Of a stretch of DNA of 60,930 nucleotides, positions 20,053 through 29,692 are shown piece after piece; the stretch's first letter is position 1, and every line of letters begins with the position of its first letter. Source of the DNA: Candidatus Paceibacter sp. (lineage in GTDB: Bacteria > Patescibacteriota > Minisyncoccia > UBA6257 > JAGOQP01); assembly GCA_020724905.1 (NCBI GenBank), contig DYGB01000004.1, forward strand, positions 1-60,930, written 5' to 3'. The notes below the pieces were generated by a model. That model was not told the origin of the DNA. It worked only from the letters and a program-made list of their open reading frames with translations, and searched no databases. The position numbers and the translations under genes are program-made.

Positions 20053-21063
20053 CTAGAGACGAGACTCTCTCCTCATGTGTGCTTCTACATGAGTGATAAT
20101 ACGACTCATCATAGCAACCGCTTCAACAGGATATTTTCCTCCTGCCGTTTCATCAGAGAGCATTACCGCATCAGCACCATCAAGAAGTGCATTGGCTACA
20201 TCACTTACCTCTGCTCGTGTTGGATGAGAAGCCCCTACCATTGAAAGGAGCATCTGTGTTGCCACAATTGCTGGTTTCCCATGCCAGTTTGCATGACGAA
20301 TAATATCTTTTTGTACAAGAGGAACTGTTTCAAGAGGAATTTCAGCTCCCAGATCACCTCGGGCAACCATAATACCATCAGAGGCACGTATAATATCATC
20401 AATATGTTCAAGGGCTTGTTTGCGCTCTATCTTGGCAATAACTTTTACTCCCTGGGGAACAAGGTCTCGTGCTTCTTGAATATCCTGAGCTGATTGTACA
20501 AATGAAACAGCGACGTACTCTACTCCAATCTCCGATACTGCAGCAATATCTTTTTTGTCTTTCTTGGTTAACCCTTTTGTTGTGAGCCTTGTGTAGGGAA
20601 CATTAACTGCTTTGTGAGAAAATAGAGTTCCTCCTCGCAGTACTCGTGCTTGAATACGAGAACCGTCAATACCCGTTGTTTCAAGTTCTATTGCTCCATT
20701 TGAAAGAAAGATAGGATCTCCTGTATGAATATCGGCATGAAGATATGGATCTTCTATATACATAGCTTCTGTATCGTTCTTGTCTGTTGAAAATACAACA
20801 TCTTGATTCACACGAAGGAGCACTCCCTCTTTTGGAAGCTCTCCTACTCGTAGACGAGGACCCTGAACATCTTGCATGCACACAACATCTTTTCCCTCTT
20901 CTTGTGCAATGCGTTGTAGTAGTTTTCTTTCCTCTCTGTATTGATCTACCTGTGCATGAGAAAAATTAAATCGAGCAATACTCATTCCTGCTCGAATCAT
21001 ATCTCTCATTGTATTTTCTGAAGCTGTTGCTGGTCCTAATGTTGCGATAATTTTTGTTTTCAT
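20053..21063 (-). CDS. pyk: pyruvate kinase, short form lacking the C-terminal domain
   Basis: KTKIIATLGPA, ARFNFSH, MVARGDLG and ATQML motifs. The ORF ends at 336 aa. Confidence 0.9.
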   Translation of the reverse strand: MKTKIIATLGPATASENTMRDMIRAGMSIARFNFSHAQVDQYREERKLLQRIAQEEGKDVVCMQDVQGPRLRVGELPKEGVLLRVNQDVVFSTDKNDTEAMYIEDPYLHADIHTGDPIFLSNGAIELETTGIDGSRIQARVLRGGTLFSHKAVNVPYTRLTTKGLTKKDKKDIAAVSEIGVEYVAVSFVQSAQDIQEARDLVPQGVKVIAKIERKQALEHIDDIIRASDGIMVARGDLGAEIPLETVPLVQKDIIRHANWHGKPAIVATQMLLSMVGASHPTRAEVSDVANALLDGADAVMLSDETAGGKYPVEAVAMMSRIITHVEAHMRRESRL

Positions 21064-21102
21064 AGATAGCTGCTTAGTGGTACACTATTAAGTACATTCA
21101 CC

Positions 21103-21600
21103 ATGAACATACAAAAAAACATGATACTCTTTATAACTCTTGCTGTCATCCTTCTTGTGTTAATAACTATTGGATTTATTATTACTTCTTCCTCTCCTTC
21201 TTCTGAGTGGAGTGATTCTGATACTGCTCTTGTTCGAATTGCAAATACTCAGTTCTCTGCAGCAGTCGCCGCTTCAGCATCAAAGCAACGAACAGGACTC
21301 TCCTCATATGATTCACTTGACGCCTCTGAGGCAATGCTCTTTGTATTTGATAGCGCTGAGAAAAGAACCTTCTGGATGAAAGGTATGTCATTTCCAATCG
21401 ATATTATTTGGATAGATGATGGGATTGTTGTGGATATTACCCGTAATCTTCAACCACCATCACATGTTGTTGATATCAAAACAGCTCGTTCTGCAAAACC
21501 CGCTTCTCTTGTGCTTGAAGTACAAGGAGGTGCATCACTACAACACAACATCTCTATTGGAGACCCTGTTTTAATAACAAAGCTAGAGGAACGTAAATGA
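21103..21600 (+). CDS. DUF192 domain protein, N-terminally anchored
   Basis: MLFVFD......FWMKGM.FP.DIIW core typical of DUF192. Confidence 0.7.
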   Translation: MNIQKNMILFITLAVILLVLITIGFIITSSSPSSEWSDSDTALVRIANTQFSAAVAASASKQRTGLSSYDSLDASEAMLFVFDSAEKRTFWMKGMSFPIDIIWIDDGIVVDITRNLQPPSHVVDIKTARSAKPASLVLEVQGGASLQHNISIGDPVLITKLEERK

Positions 21601-21999
21601 AGTAATCACCGTAGGGACGCTTTTTTGTAACGCATTGAACTGAGATGATTCGTCTCCAGAATAGATACCTTTTTCTGTTTGTGTTACGCCATAGACAAAT
21701 CCATTATTTTCCCCAATCACTCGTACTCCCTCTGGGAGTGTTTCTGCCTCTGAACGTTTGTGTATCACAAATAAAGGAATCGATCCTTCAGGCGCAGTAA
21801 AGTAAAATACAACATCACCCTGTCCTGTATATGAGGTAGCATACTTTCCTACCCACTCGTAAGGAACATGAACAAGAAATCCTGCCTGCACTTCAGCATG
21901 CACCTGTGTATCAGATGTTTGTTGTGTCATAACAACAAAGAACACAACGATTCCGATACAAACAGCGATCCCGATACCCCAGTATATATTCTTTTTCAT
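21583..21999 (-). CDS. N-terminally anchored hypothetical protein (138 aa)
   Basis: SD GGAGA before the ATG. Signal-anchor helix. Confidence 0.55.
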   Translation of the reverse strand: MKKNIYWGIGIAVCIGIVVFFVVMTQQTSDTQVHAEVQAGFLVHVPYEWVGKYATSYTGQGDVVFYFTAPEGSIPLFVIHKRSEAETLPEGVRVIGENNGFVYGVTQTEKGIYSGDESSQFNALQKSVPTVITSFTFL

Positions 22000-22691
22000 T
22001 GTCTCCAGTATAGTATATGGTACACAGAAAGGACAGCAGCTGTTTCTCCTCGGAGTGTGCTTTTTCCTAGTGAAAGAGGGTGAGCTTCTTTTTGATATGC
22101 ATACGCTCTTTCCTCTTGGGTAAATCCCCCCTCAGGACCAACGATAACACCACAGGATGATCCTTGTATCGGAGACGTAACATCTGTTTCAGTATCAGCA
22201 AGGTAGAGCGTTTCACACATACCCTTAAGCACATCCACAGCATCATTAAATGTCTGAACGTCATAGAGTTGAGGAACTCTCCCCCATCCTGACTGCTCAG
22301 TGGCCTCTTTACTTATTTTTTCCAATCTTTTGGTAGATATATTTGTTTTTACCGTTCGTTCTGAAATGAATGGGATAATCCCCTTTGCTCCAATTTCTGT
22401 TGCTTTTTGTACAATCCATTCTACGTTATCTTTTCTTAACAATGAGCAGGCAAGATACACCTCTCGAGGTGGTATTGGGGAAAGAAGTATTTCATCAACA
22501 GAAAGGGTAATCTTTCCCTCCTCTATTTCTTCAATACGTGCTGGTGCTTCTTTACCTTCATGCACAATGACAATCTCATCACCACGAACAAGACGAAGCA
22601 CAGAAACAATCTGATGTATTTGTTCTGTATCAGTGAGGGATATGGTTCCTTTGTTAAGAGGAACAGGAATAAGGAATCTATGCTGTTTCAT
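21996..22691 (-). CDS. rsmE: 16S rRNA (uracil1498-N3)-methyltransferase
   Basis: HRFLI....., VLRL..GDEI, and the C-terminal GPEGGFT.EE...LG...LRGETAA motif. Start trimmed to the ATG at 22691. Confidence 0.88.
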   Translation of the reverse strand: MKQHRFLIPVPLNKGTISLTDTEQIHQIVSVLRLVRGDEIVIVHEGKEAPARIEEIEEGKITLSVDEILLSPIPPREVYLACSLLRKDNVEWIVQKATEIGAKGIIPFISERTVKTNISTKRLEKISKEATEQSGWGRVPQLYDVQTFNDAVDVLKGMCETLYLADTETDVTSPIQGSSCGVIVGPEGGFTQEERAYAYQKEAHPLSLGKSTLRGETAAVLSVYHILYWRQ

Positions 22692-23406
22692 ATTGAGCTG
22701 TTTCTTTTCTATACGCACACCATTCACATGCAGGATGAGGAATTGGAAGTGTATCTGAGGAAAGACACGCATGTGCCTCTTTTATGGCAGTATCAACCCA
22801 CCGGTCATCTCCTTCATAGGAAAGAATTTCAACATCAAATTCAAGTCTTCCATCAAAAAGATCTTCATTCTTTTTTCCATTTGCATAGACAAAATATCCC
22901 ACAGATGATACAGGAAAATTATTATTCCTTAATAACCATTGATATATTTCCATCTGTCTTTTATACGCATCTCGATATGGAGCATCAAGTGTCAACTCTG
23001 CTTGTGTGCTTGTTGCTTTATAGTCAACAACATGGAGTTCATCATTACTGTCAATCCATACATCATCAATTGCCCCAAAGATAGTGAGCCGTGTTTTTGG
23101 ATCAGTATACCTTATCCCTGTAAAGTTATTCCTCCACTCATCAAGATTCTCATGTGCATACGGATAGCCATCAATACCATACTGAATCATAAGAGGATGT
23201 GGTTCTTTATTCCCTCTATAGATATCAAATTCATTTTTCAAAAGTGCATCAACTGCAGAATTGAGTGTAAACGCAGGACCCTGCACCTGCCCAATCCCTA
23301 GTCGTCTATCAAGATAGAAGCATCGGGGACATGATAAAAACAACTCTATTTTTGAGCGACTCAGATTAAAAGGCTTTTTGGGTACAAATAGTTGTCGTTT
23401 TCTCAT
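22678..23406 (-). CDS. PD-(D/E)XK nuclease, Cas4/RecB-like with Cys cluster
   Basis: N-terminal CPRCFY, a D...VVDYK nuclease motif, and C-terminal C...CEWC. Start trimmed to the ATG at 23406. Confidence 0.7.
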   Translation of the reverse strand: MRKRQLFVPKKPFNLSRSKIELFLSCPRCFYLDRRLGIGQVQGPAFTLNSAVDALLKNEFDIYRGNKEPHPLMIQYGIDGYPYAHENLDEWRNNFTGIRYTDPKTRLTIFGAIDDVWIDSNDELHVVDYKATSTQAELTLDAPYRDAYKRQMEIYQWLLRNNNFPVSSVGYFVYANGKKNEDLFDGRLEFDVEILSYEGDDRWVDTAIKEAHACLSSDTLPIPHPACEWCAYRKETAQYETA

Positions 23407-23469
23407 TATCTGTATCGTACCAACACCATAGATGAATATCAATAACAATATTGATATACTCATAGGGTA

Positions 23470-24090
23470 ATGGATGATCTTAAAACAAAACAACTAAAAG
23501 AAATACGAGATGAGGTGCTTACTCTTAGCACCTCTCCCCTCTATGCATTCCGAAAAGAACATGGATACTTTCCTGTAATTGGACAGGGAAACCATGATGC
23601 TTCCATTATGTTTGTTGGAGAGGCTCCTGGAAAAAATGAAGCGATGAGTGGAAAACCATTCTGTGGTGCTGCGGGGAAAATACTTGATGAACTTCTTGCT
23701 TCAATAAAGGTAGAGAGAGATTCTGTATATATTACTAATATCGTTAAAGATCGCCCTCCCCAAAATAGAGATCCTCTCCCTGAAGAAATAGCAGCTTATG
23801 CTCCCTTCCTCACACGACAGATAGCTGTTATACAACCTTCTATTATTGCTACACTGGGAAGATTTTCTATGACCTATCTCATGGAACAATACGGTCTTCA
23901 AGATGAGCTACAGCCAATTAGTGCACTCCATGGCCATGTATTTGAACTCTCCTCATCGCAAAACCCTCACTATCTTATCCCTCTCTATCATCCTGCTGCT
24001 GCTATTTATAACAGATCACTTATTAATATTCTTAAAAAAGATATGATTACACTTGCTCACATATACGCTTCACTTCCTCAAGAACACTAA
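23470..24090 (+). CDS. uracil-DNA glycosylase, family 4
   Basis: MFVGEAPG..E...G.PF.G.AG..L motif and C-terminal HPAA. Confidence 0.88.
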   Translation: MDDLKTKQLKEIRDEVLTLSTSPLYAFRKEHGYFPVIGQGNHDASIMFVGEAPGKNEAMSGKPFCGAAGKILDELLASIKVERDSVYITNIVKDRPPQNRDPLPEEIAAYAPFLTRQIAVIQPSIIATLGRFSMTYLMEQYGLQDELQPISALHGHVFELSSSQNPHYLIPLYHPAAAIYNRSLINILKKDMITLAHIYASLPQEH

Positions 24091-25039
24091 TCTGATATCC
24101 TTCTTGTCGACACACCTCCTCTATCTCTTGTGCTGATGTTGTGTTCATAATCTTTGCACGAAGTTCTTTTGCTCCAGAAAATCCTGATACATATCCTTTG
24201 ACATGTTTTTTTATCATTGAAAAGTTCTTTAACCCAGAAAAATATTTCTCAAACAAGTAGGCATGGGACAGTAATACTGAGAGTTTTGCATCTTGTGTCT
24301 CATACTGATCTTTCTGAGAAGAAAAAAACCAAGGACATCCAAGTATTCCCCTCCCTACCATAACTCCATCAACTCCTGAGGAAGCTACTTTTTGTATCCC
24401 ATCTTCATATGAGACAACATCTCCATTTCCAATAAAAGGAATGTGTTCTTTGGATATGCGCGGAGCAATATCTTGGAGTGTATCCCAATGAGCAGGAACT
24501 CGAGATAATTCTTTTTTTGTTCGTGCATGCATGGTAAGGGCTGCGGGACGAAATGAAATCAATGCATCAATCCATGCATCATCATACGAACTAAAACCAA
24601 GACGTGTCTTTATCGATACCGGAAGATCTCCTGCTCCCTCTTTAGTCGCAGCAACAATTGCTCCAGCTCGTTGTGGATCATTCGCCAGAGCAACCCCAGC
24701 TCCCATGGCAACTACCTTCTTGTCAGGACATCCCATATTAATATCAATACCATCAAATCCAGCCTCACGTATCATACGCGCTGCTTTTAAAAATGCATCA
24801 GGGTCAGTCCCCCATATCTGAGCGATAAGAGGCCTCTCTCTTTCATCAAAAGAAAGATAGTATTTAAATAATCTCTCCTGTGAATGTGGATGGGTGAGTC
24901 CATCAACAGACACAAATTCTGTCATCATAACATCAGGTTTTCCAATCACAGAAACAAGCTGTCGAAACGCTCTATCGGTAACATCATGCATTGGCGCCAG
25001 TACAAAGAAAGGCTTTTGCAGTGAGTGCCATGAAAACAT
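24047..25039 (-). CDS. dus: tRNA-dihydrouridine synthase
   Basis: LAPMHDVTD.AFR, DINMGCP and K.R.G motifs. Confidence 0.9.
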   Translation of the reverse strand: MFSWHSLQKPFFVLAPMHDVTDRAFRQLVSVIGKPDVMMTEFVSVDGLTHPHSQERLFKYYLSFDERERPLIAQIWGTDPDAFLKAARMIREAGFDGIDINMGCPDKKVVAMGAGVALANDPQRAGAIVAATKEGAGDLPVSIKTRLGFSSYDDAWIDALISFRPAALTMHARTKKELSRVPAHWDTLQDIAPRISKEHIPFIGNGDVVSYEDGIQKVASSGVDGVMVGRGILGCPWFFSSQKDQYETQDAKLSVLLSHAYLFEKYFSGLKNFSMIKKHVKGYVSGFSGAKELRAKIMNTTSAQEIEEVCRQEGYQISVLEEVKRICEQV

Positions 25040-25041
25040 AG

Positions 25042-26751
25042 TTAGTAGATGTCAGAACGGACATGCATCCCCTCCTGGCGTTTTTTAAGGTTAAGATAGG
25101 TAATATGTTTTGTTCTTTCAAAAGCAAAGCTATCTGCATGAAATCCATACTTATCAATCATCTCAGAGACCAATGCTCCTCCTATGAAATGAGGGGTAAC
25201 AACATATGAAGCTCCTTCTTCGTATAACATTTCAGCATCAAGAATAGAGTAGGCAGTTGCAATAACAATAATATCTTCTTTTCGTTCTTGAATCTTCTTT
25301 AGAAGTAGTGCGTTTGCTTCAGCGTCAGGAATCGTCGAGATAATCATCTTGACACTACTAAAAGGAAGTTCATCAAGAAACTCTAGATCCTCAACATCTC
25401 CATAGCGACACGCTATCCCCGCCTTATCAAGAAGTTCTATCGTTTTAGGATCATAATCAACAACAAGGAGTTTCTTTTCAGAATGAGAAAATACATTAAC
25501 AAAGTCCTGACCAATTCGATTTGCTCCAAACAAGATAATGTCATACTCCTCATCATAGTTTTGTTCTTGCCGAGCCTTTTTCCTTTCAAATATTGAAAGA
25601 AGAGGTGCAAGAAGTCCATAAATACGATTTGCATATAAAATCATATAGGTTGATGCGGCAATGGTAATAATCCCTACCATCGTAACTAACGACACAATAT
25701 CAGAAGACACATGTCCATTTCTAAATCCAAGCGCAATTAAAATAAGAGAGAATTCACTAATCTGAGCAACGGTGAGTCCTGCAAGAAATCCTGTTCGTTT
25801 TCTATACCCCAGCATTCCCATTAATATAATTACAATAAGAGGATTTCCCACCAACACGAACAGTGACAGTATCACTGCAGGAACGATCTGTGCTGTCACA
25901 TCCCCTAGAGCTATCTGAGACCCCAATACAACAAAGAACAATACAACAAAGAAGTCCCGAAGTGGCCTCATTTTTGCTGCAATTTCATAGTGATACGGAG
26001 AAACTGCAAGGGTAACTCCTGCAATCAATGCTCCTACCTCGATTGATAGCCCAACAGCATGAAACAGAGATGCAACACCAAGTCCCCATCCAATTGATGA
26101 AATAAAAAGTAATTCTTGTGAACGAGCAAAAAACCTTTCTAAGATAGGAAGCACTTTTGCTCCAATGAAAAGAAAGAATACGGTAAGGACAATTCCTTTC
26201 CCCAAAAGCATCATTCCACTTACAATACGATCCTCTACTCCTGTTTCTGAAAATGAAGCAATAAGGATAAGAATAAATGTTGCAACAATATCCTGCACCA
26301 ACAGAAATCCCACAGATATCTTTCCGTACAATTTATTTAAGTCTCCTTTGTCCGAAAGAAGCTTTAAGATAATAATCGTACTACTAAAAGTAAGCGCTAC
26401 TGCTACATAGAGTGCTGTTGTAGTATCAAATCCAAGGGTACGAGCAATAAGAAAACCAATACCAGAGGTGAAGATAACTTGCCCTAATCCTGTAATAAGA
26501 GAAATGGCCCCTACCTCTCGTATGACTCGAGGGCTCAAGTTAATACCCACAATAAACAACAGAAAAGCGATACCAATTTCAGCAAGTGCCTGAATCGTTT
26601 CTTGGGTTTGAATAATTCGTAATACGTAAGGACCCGCAAGAAGTCCGGTGGCAATGTATCCAATAATCAGTGGTTGTTTTAAGAGTTTCATGATAATAGA
26701 AACCACTGTCGCAAGGACAATAATAATACTTATTTCAACAAATATACTCAT
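25042..26751 (-). CDS. cation:proton antiporter (CPA2/Kef-type) with C-terminal RCK/TrkA-N domain
   Basis: About 12 TM segments followed by a Rossmann-like ILFGANRIGQ domain. Confidence 0.85.
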   Translation of the reverse strand: MSIFVEISIIIVLATVVSIIMKLLKQPLIIGYIATGLLAGPYVLRIIQTQETIQALAEIGIAFLLFIVGINLSPRVIREVGAISLITGLGQVIFTSGIGFLIARTLGFDTTTALYVAVALTFSSTIIILKLLSDKGDLNKLYGKISVGFLLVQDIVATFILILIASFSETGVEDRIVSGMMLLGKGIVLTVFFLFIGAKVLPILERFFARSQELLFISSIGWGLGVASLFHAVGLSIEVGALIAGVTLAVSPYHYEIAAKMRPLRDFFVVLFFVVLGSQIALGDVTAQIVPAVILSLFVLVGNPLIVIILMGMLGYRKRTGFLAGLTVAQISEFSLILIALGFRNGHVSSDIVSLVTMVGIITIAASTYMILYANRIYGLLAPLLSIFERKKARQEQNYDEEYDIILFGANRIGQDFVNVFSHSEKKLLVVDYDPKTIELLDKAGIACRYGDVEDLEFLDELPFSSVKMIISTIPDAEANALLLKKIQERKEDIIVIATAYSILDAEMLYEEGASYVVTPHFIGGALVSEMIDKYGFHADSFAFERTKHITYLNLKKRQEGMHVRSDIY

Positions 26752-26773
26752 AGGTTATCTTTTATGGATAGTA

Positions 26774-27541
26774 TCATAAAAACAGAATCCCCAACACAAT
26801 CGCTAATACAATCCTATATACTCCAATATATATAAATGAATGGTGTTGTACAAATGAAATTAACCATTTCATGCTGATATATGCACTAATTGCAGCTACG
26901 ACACATCCCAGAAGTATTATCCCCCACATTCCTTCAAAAACAGATGCATCGGTTCGTATTAAATCAAGACCTCCTGCTCCAACGATAACTGGGACAGCAA
27001 GAAGAAATGAAAACTCAACACTTGTTTTTCGATCAACTCCAATCCCCATACCCCCAAGCATTGTTGCAGCAGCACGTGATACTCCAGGAATAAGTGCGAT
27101 AATTTGAAACAGCCCTATTCCTAGTGCATGTGCATACGACACATCTTGTAGTTGTTGAATACGAAATGGTTTTTTGTATAGCAACTCAAATACAATAAAG
27201 ATTACTCCTCCAATTCCAAGAGCCCAGATAAGAAGAGAAAGGTCTTGAAGTAATACGTCTTTTATCTGGGTATAGAAAAGCGCTCCTACCACTGCAACAG
27301 GAAGAGACGCAACAATAATCTTCCCAATAACCTCCTTGTGTCTGTAGAGTGTTGTAAAGTATAGGGAAAAAACAGCCATCATAGCTCCTATCTGTATAAT
27401 AATTTCAAAACTCGTAAGAAAAGGAGAAGGAGAAAGGGCAAGTATATGTCCTGTAATAATAAGATGTCCTGTTGAAGATATAGGAAGAAACTCTGTAATT
27501 CCTTCAACAATTCCTAGGAGTATGGCTTCGATACTAGTCAT
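26774..27541 (-). CDS. uppP: undecaprenyl-diphosphate phosphatase
   Basis: GIVEGITEFLPISSTGHL and PG.SR...T motifs. Start trimmed to the ATG at 27541. Confidence 0.9.
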   Translation of the reverse strand: MTSIEAILLGIVEGITEFLPISSTGHLIITGHILALSPSPFLTSFEIIIQIGAMMAVFSLYFTTLYRHKEVIGKIIVASLPVAVVGALFYTQIKDVLLQDLSLLIWALGIGGVIFIVFELLYKKPFRIQQLQDVSYAHALGIGLFQIIALIPGVSRAAATMLGGMGIGVDRKTSVEFSFLLAVPVIVGAGGLDLIRTDASVFEGMWGIILLGCVVAAISAYISMKWLISFVQHHSFIYIGVYRIVLAIVLGILFL

Positions 27542-27574
27542 ATATTCAGTATGATAGTATAGTAGCATATAGAT

Positions 27575-28933
27575 ATGATTACCGCAGTAAAGCACTTGTG
27601 CTCACAACAATGGTTTCTTATTCTTATCATTTTTCTCCTTGCGCTTGGAACCCGTTTTTTTGTATTTGGGTATCCTCAAGAAGTTGTATTTGATGAAGTA
27701 TATTTTGGAGACTTTATCACAAAGTATTTTCAACAATCATTCTATTTTGATATACACCCTCCTCTTGCGAAACTGATAAGTGCTGGTATTGCATCACTTG
27801 TGGGGATGAGTCCTTCATATTCATTTCAGTTTACTGGAATTAATGATGTCTATCCTGATTCTTTCTATCTCCTCATGCGAGGAATTGTAGGGGTCTTTGG
27901 AGTACTCCTTCCTCTTGTTATCTATTTTTTCACCTATCAACTAACAAAAAGAAAATCTGTGAGTGTTGTTGCTGCATTGTTAGTTATTTTTGATAATGCA
28001 CTCCTTGTACAATCACGGTTTATCCTTACTGATATCTTCATGCTCGTCTTTGGATTTCTTGGACTTGCGCTCATCCTCTACTACTACACAACAAAGAATG
28101 CGACATGGTTATTTTGGGGAATTATCGCTCTTGGAAGTGGAGTACTTGTGAAATGGACTGGACTCCTTTTTATCGGAGTTGCTTGTGTTATATTTTTCTA
28201 TCATGAACCCATTGTTACTGCGCTAAAAAAAATACTTATCGTGTGTGGGATTATACTTATTCTTTACGTATCTGTCTTTTCTATACATCTCTCACTCCTC
28301 CCCTATACAGGTCCTGGAGATGTACACATGAGTCCTACATTTCAATCAACACTCATTGGAAACAATCTCTACAGAACATCTGATCATCCCTCTCTTTTTG
28401 AGAAGATATGGGAGGTAAACAAGACAATGTTTAATGCAAATGCTGGTATTGAAGATCCTCACCCTTATGGATCTGAAGCTTATACCTGGCCTCTTCTTCT
28501 TCGTCCTATTTATTTTTGGAATACAACACTGTCTCCTGGTATTGAATCTCGTATTTATCTACAGGGAAACCCCTTTATCTGGTGGTCTGCACTACTTGCT
28601 ATCACTCTCTTTTCTCTTAATACAGTACGTACCATAATACGAAAAAAGGTATCTCTTTTGTCTCTCATTCTTCCTATTGGATTTTTTGCAAACCTCATAC
28701 CATTTCTTTTTATTTCTCGGGTTGCATTTCTCTACCATTACTTCCCCTCTCTTATCTTTGCACTCATTGCTCTTTCTTATCTTCTTACCTCATCTAAGAG
28801 GTCTTCTATTATACTTCCCCTTTTCTTTATCATCGCTATTGGACTCTTTCTCTTTTTCTCTCCTCTCTCCTATGGGCTCCCTCTTGAGGACAGTTCCTTT
28901 TTCCTTCGTATATGGATCCCTTCTTGGCACTAG
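27575..28933 (+). CDS. PMT-family (GT39/GT-C) polyprenyl-phosphate-dependent glycosyltransferase
   Basis: Multi-TM protein with first-loop DE motif (VVFDEVYFG) and HPPLAK. Confidence 0.8.
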   Translation: MITAVKHLCSQQWFLILIIFLLALGTRFFVFGYPQEVVFDEVYFGDFITKYFQQSFYFDIHPPLAKLISAGIASLVGMSPSYSFQFTGINDVYPDSFYLLMRGIVGVFGVLLPLVIYFFTYQLTKRKSVSVVAALLVIFDNALLVQSRFILTDIFMLVFGFLGLALILYYYTTKNATWLFWGIIALGSGVLVKWTGLLFIGVACVIFFYHEPIVTALKKILIVCGIILILYVSVFSIHLSLLPYTGPGDVHMSPTFQSTLIGNNLYRTSDHPSLFEKIWEVNKTMFNANAGIEDPHPYGSEAYTWPLLLRPIYFWNTTLSPGIESRIYLQGNPFIWWSALLAITLFSLNTVRTIIRKKVSLLSLILPIGFFANLIPFLFISRVAFLYHYFPSLIFALIALSYLLTSSKRSSIILPLFFIIAIGLFLFFSPLSYGLPLEDSSFFLRIWIPSWH

Positions 28934-28961
28934 GAAGGATCACATGATATACTAGCTATAT

Positions 28962-29264
28962 ATGGAAGATGTTATGAAAGCAGACGTGTTCTTTTTTGTA
29001 ACAACAATCATTGTTGTTATCCTTGGAATCATCTCTGCAGTTGCTATTATATTTTTTGTAAAAATTCTTTCTCGCCTTAACTCCCTAAGTAAACATGTTG
29101 AAGAAGAGGTAGAACATATTCTTCTTGATGTGTCATCATTTCGAGGAAGTATACGATCCATCGTTCAAAAAGCTGAATCATTTATCTCTTTCTTTTCTCG
29201 AAAAGATCCCCCCTCACCCAATCGTACAACAAAAAAACGTCGAACTAAAAAAACTAACACATAA
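28962..29264 (+). CDS. small membrane-anchored protein, basic tail
   Basis: One TM helix, then a helical region and a Lys/Arg/Thr-rich C-terminus. Confidence 0.5.
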   Translation: MEDVMKADVFFFVTTIIVVILGIISAVAIIFFVKILSRLNSLSKHVEEEVEHILLDVSSFRGSIRSIVQKAESFISFFSRKDPPSPNRTTKKRRTKKTNT

Positions 29265-29272
29265 CTATATCT

Positions 29273-29647
29273 ATGCCAACAAAAAAGAAAACAACAACAA
29301 AGAAAAAGTCACCAGCAAAGAAGTCATCTCACCATGTAGCAGGAGCTGCTGGTATTGGAGCACTTCTTGCAGCAGCAGCGGGAGCATACTTCTTATATGG
29401 AAGTAAGGATGCTGCCAAGAACAGAAAGAAGATTACCGGATGGGCTCTTAAGGTAAAGGGAGAAGTTCTTGAACAAATTGAAAAAGCAAAATCAGAGATC
29501 AGTGAGGAACGCTACCATGAGATTATCGATAAAGTAGAAAGAAAATATCGAGCTCTCAAAGAAGTTGAGAATGATGAACTTGCTGAGGTAGTAAAAGACC
29601 TCAAAAAACACTGGAAGAATATAAAGAAGCATGTCGATACGGCATAA
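29273..29647 (+). CDS. small membrane-anchored helical protein (YtxH-like appearance)
   Basis: Basic N-terminus, Ala/Gly-rich TM helix, charged helical C-terminus. Terminator follows. Confidence 0.5.
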   Translation: MPTKKKTTTKKKSPAKKSSHHVAGAAGIGALLAAAAGAYFLYGSKDAAKNRKKITGWALKVKGEVLEQIEKAKSEISEERYHEIIDKVERKYRALKEVENDELAEVVKDLKKHWKNIKKHVDTA

Positions 29648-29661
29648 CACACGTTACTACA

Positions 29662-29692
29662 AATAACCCCCTCTTTTGGGGGTTATTTTTTT
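29662..29692 (+). terminator. rho-independent terminator
   Basis: Stem AATAACCCCC/GGGGGTTATT followed by T7. Confidence 0.8.
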
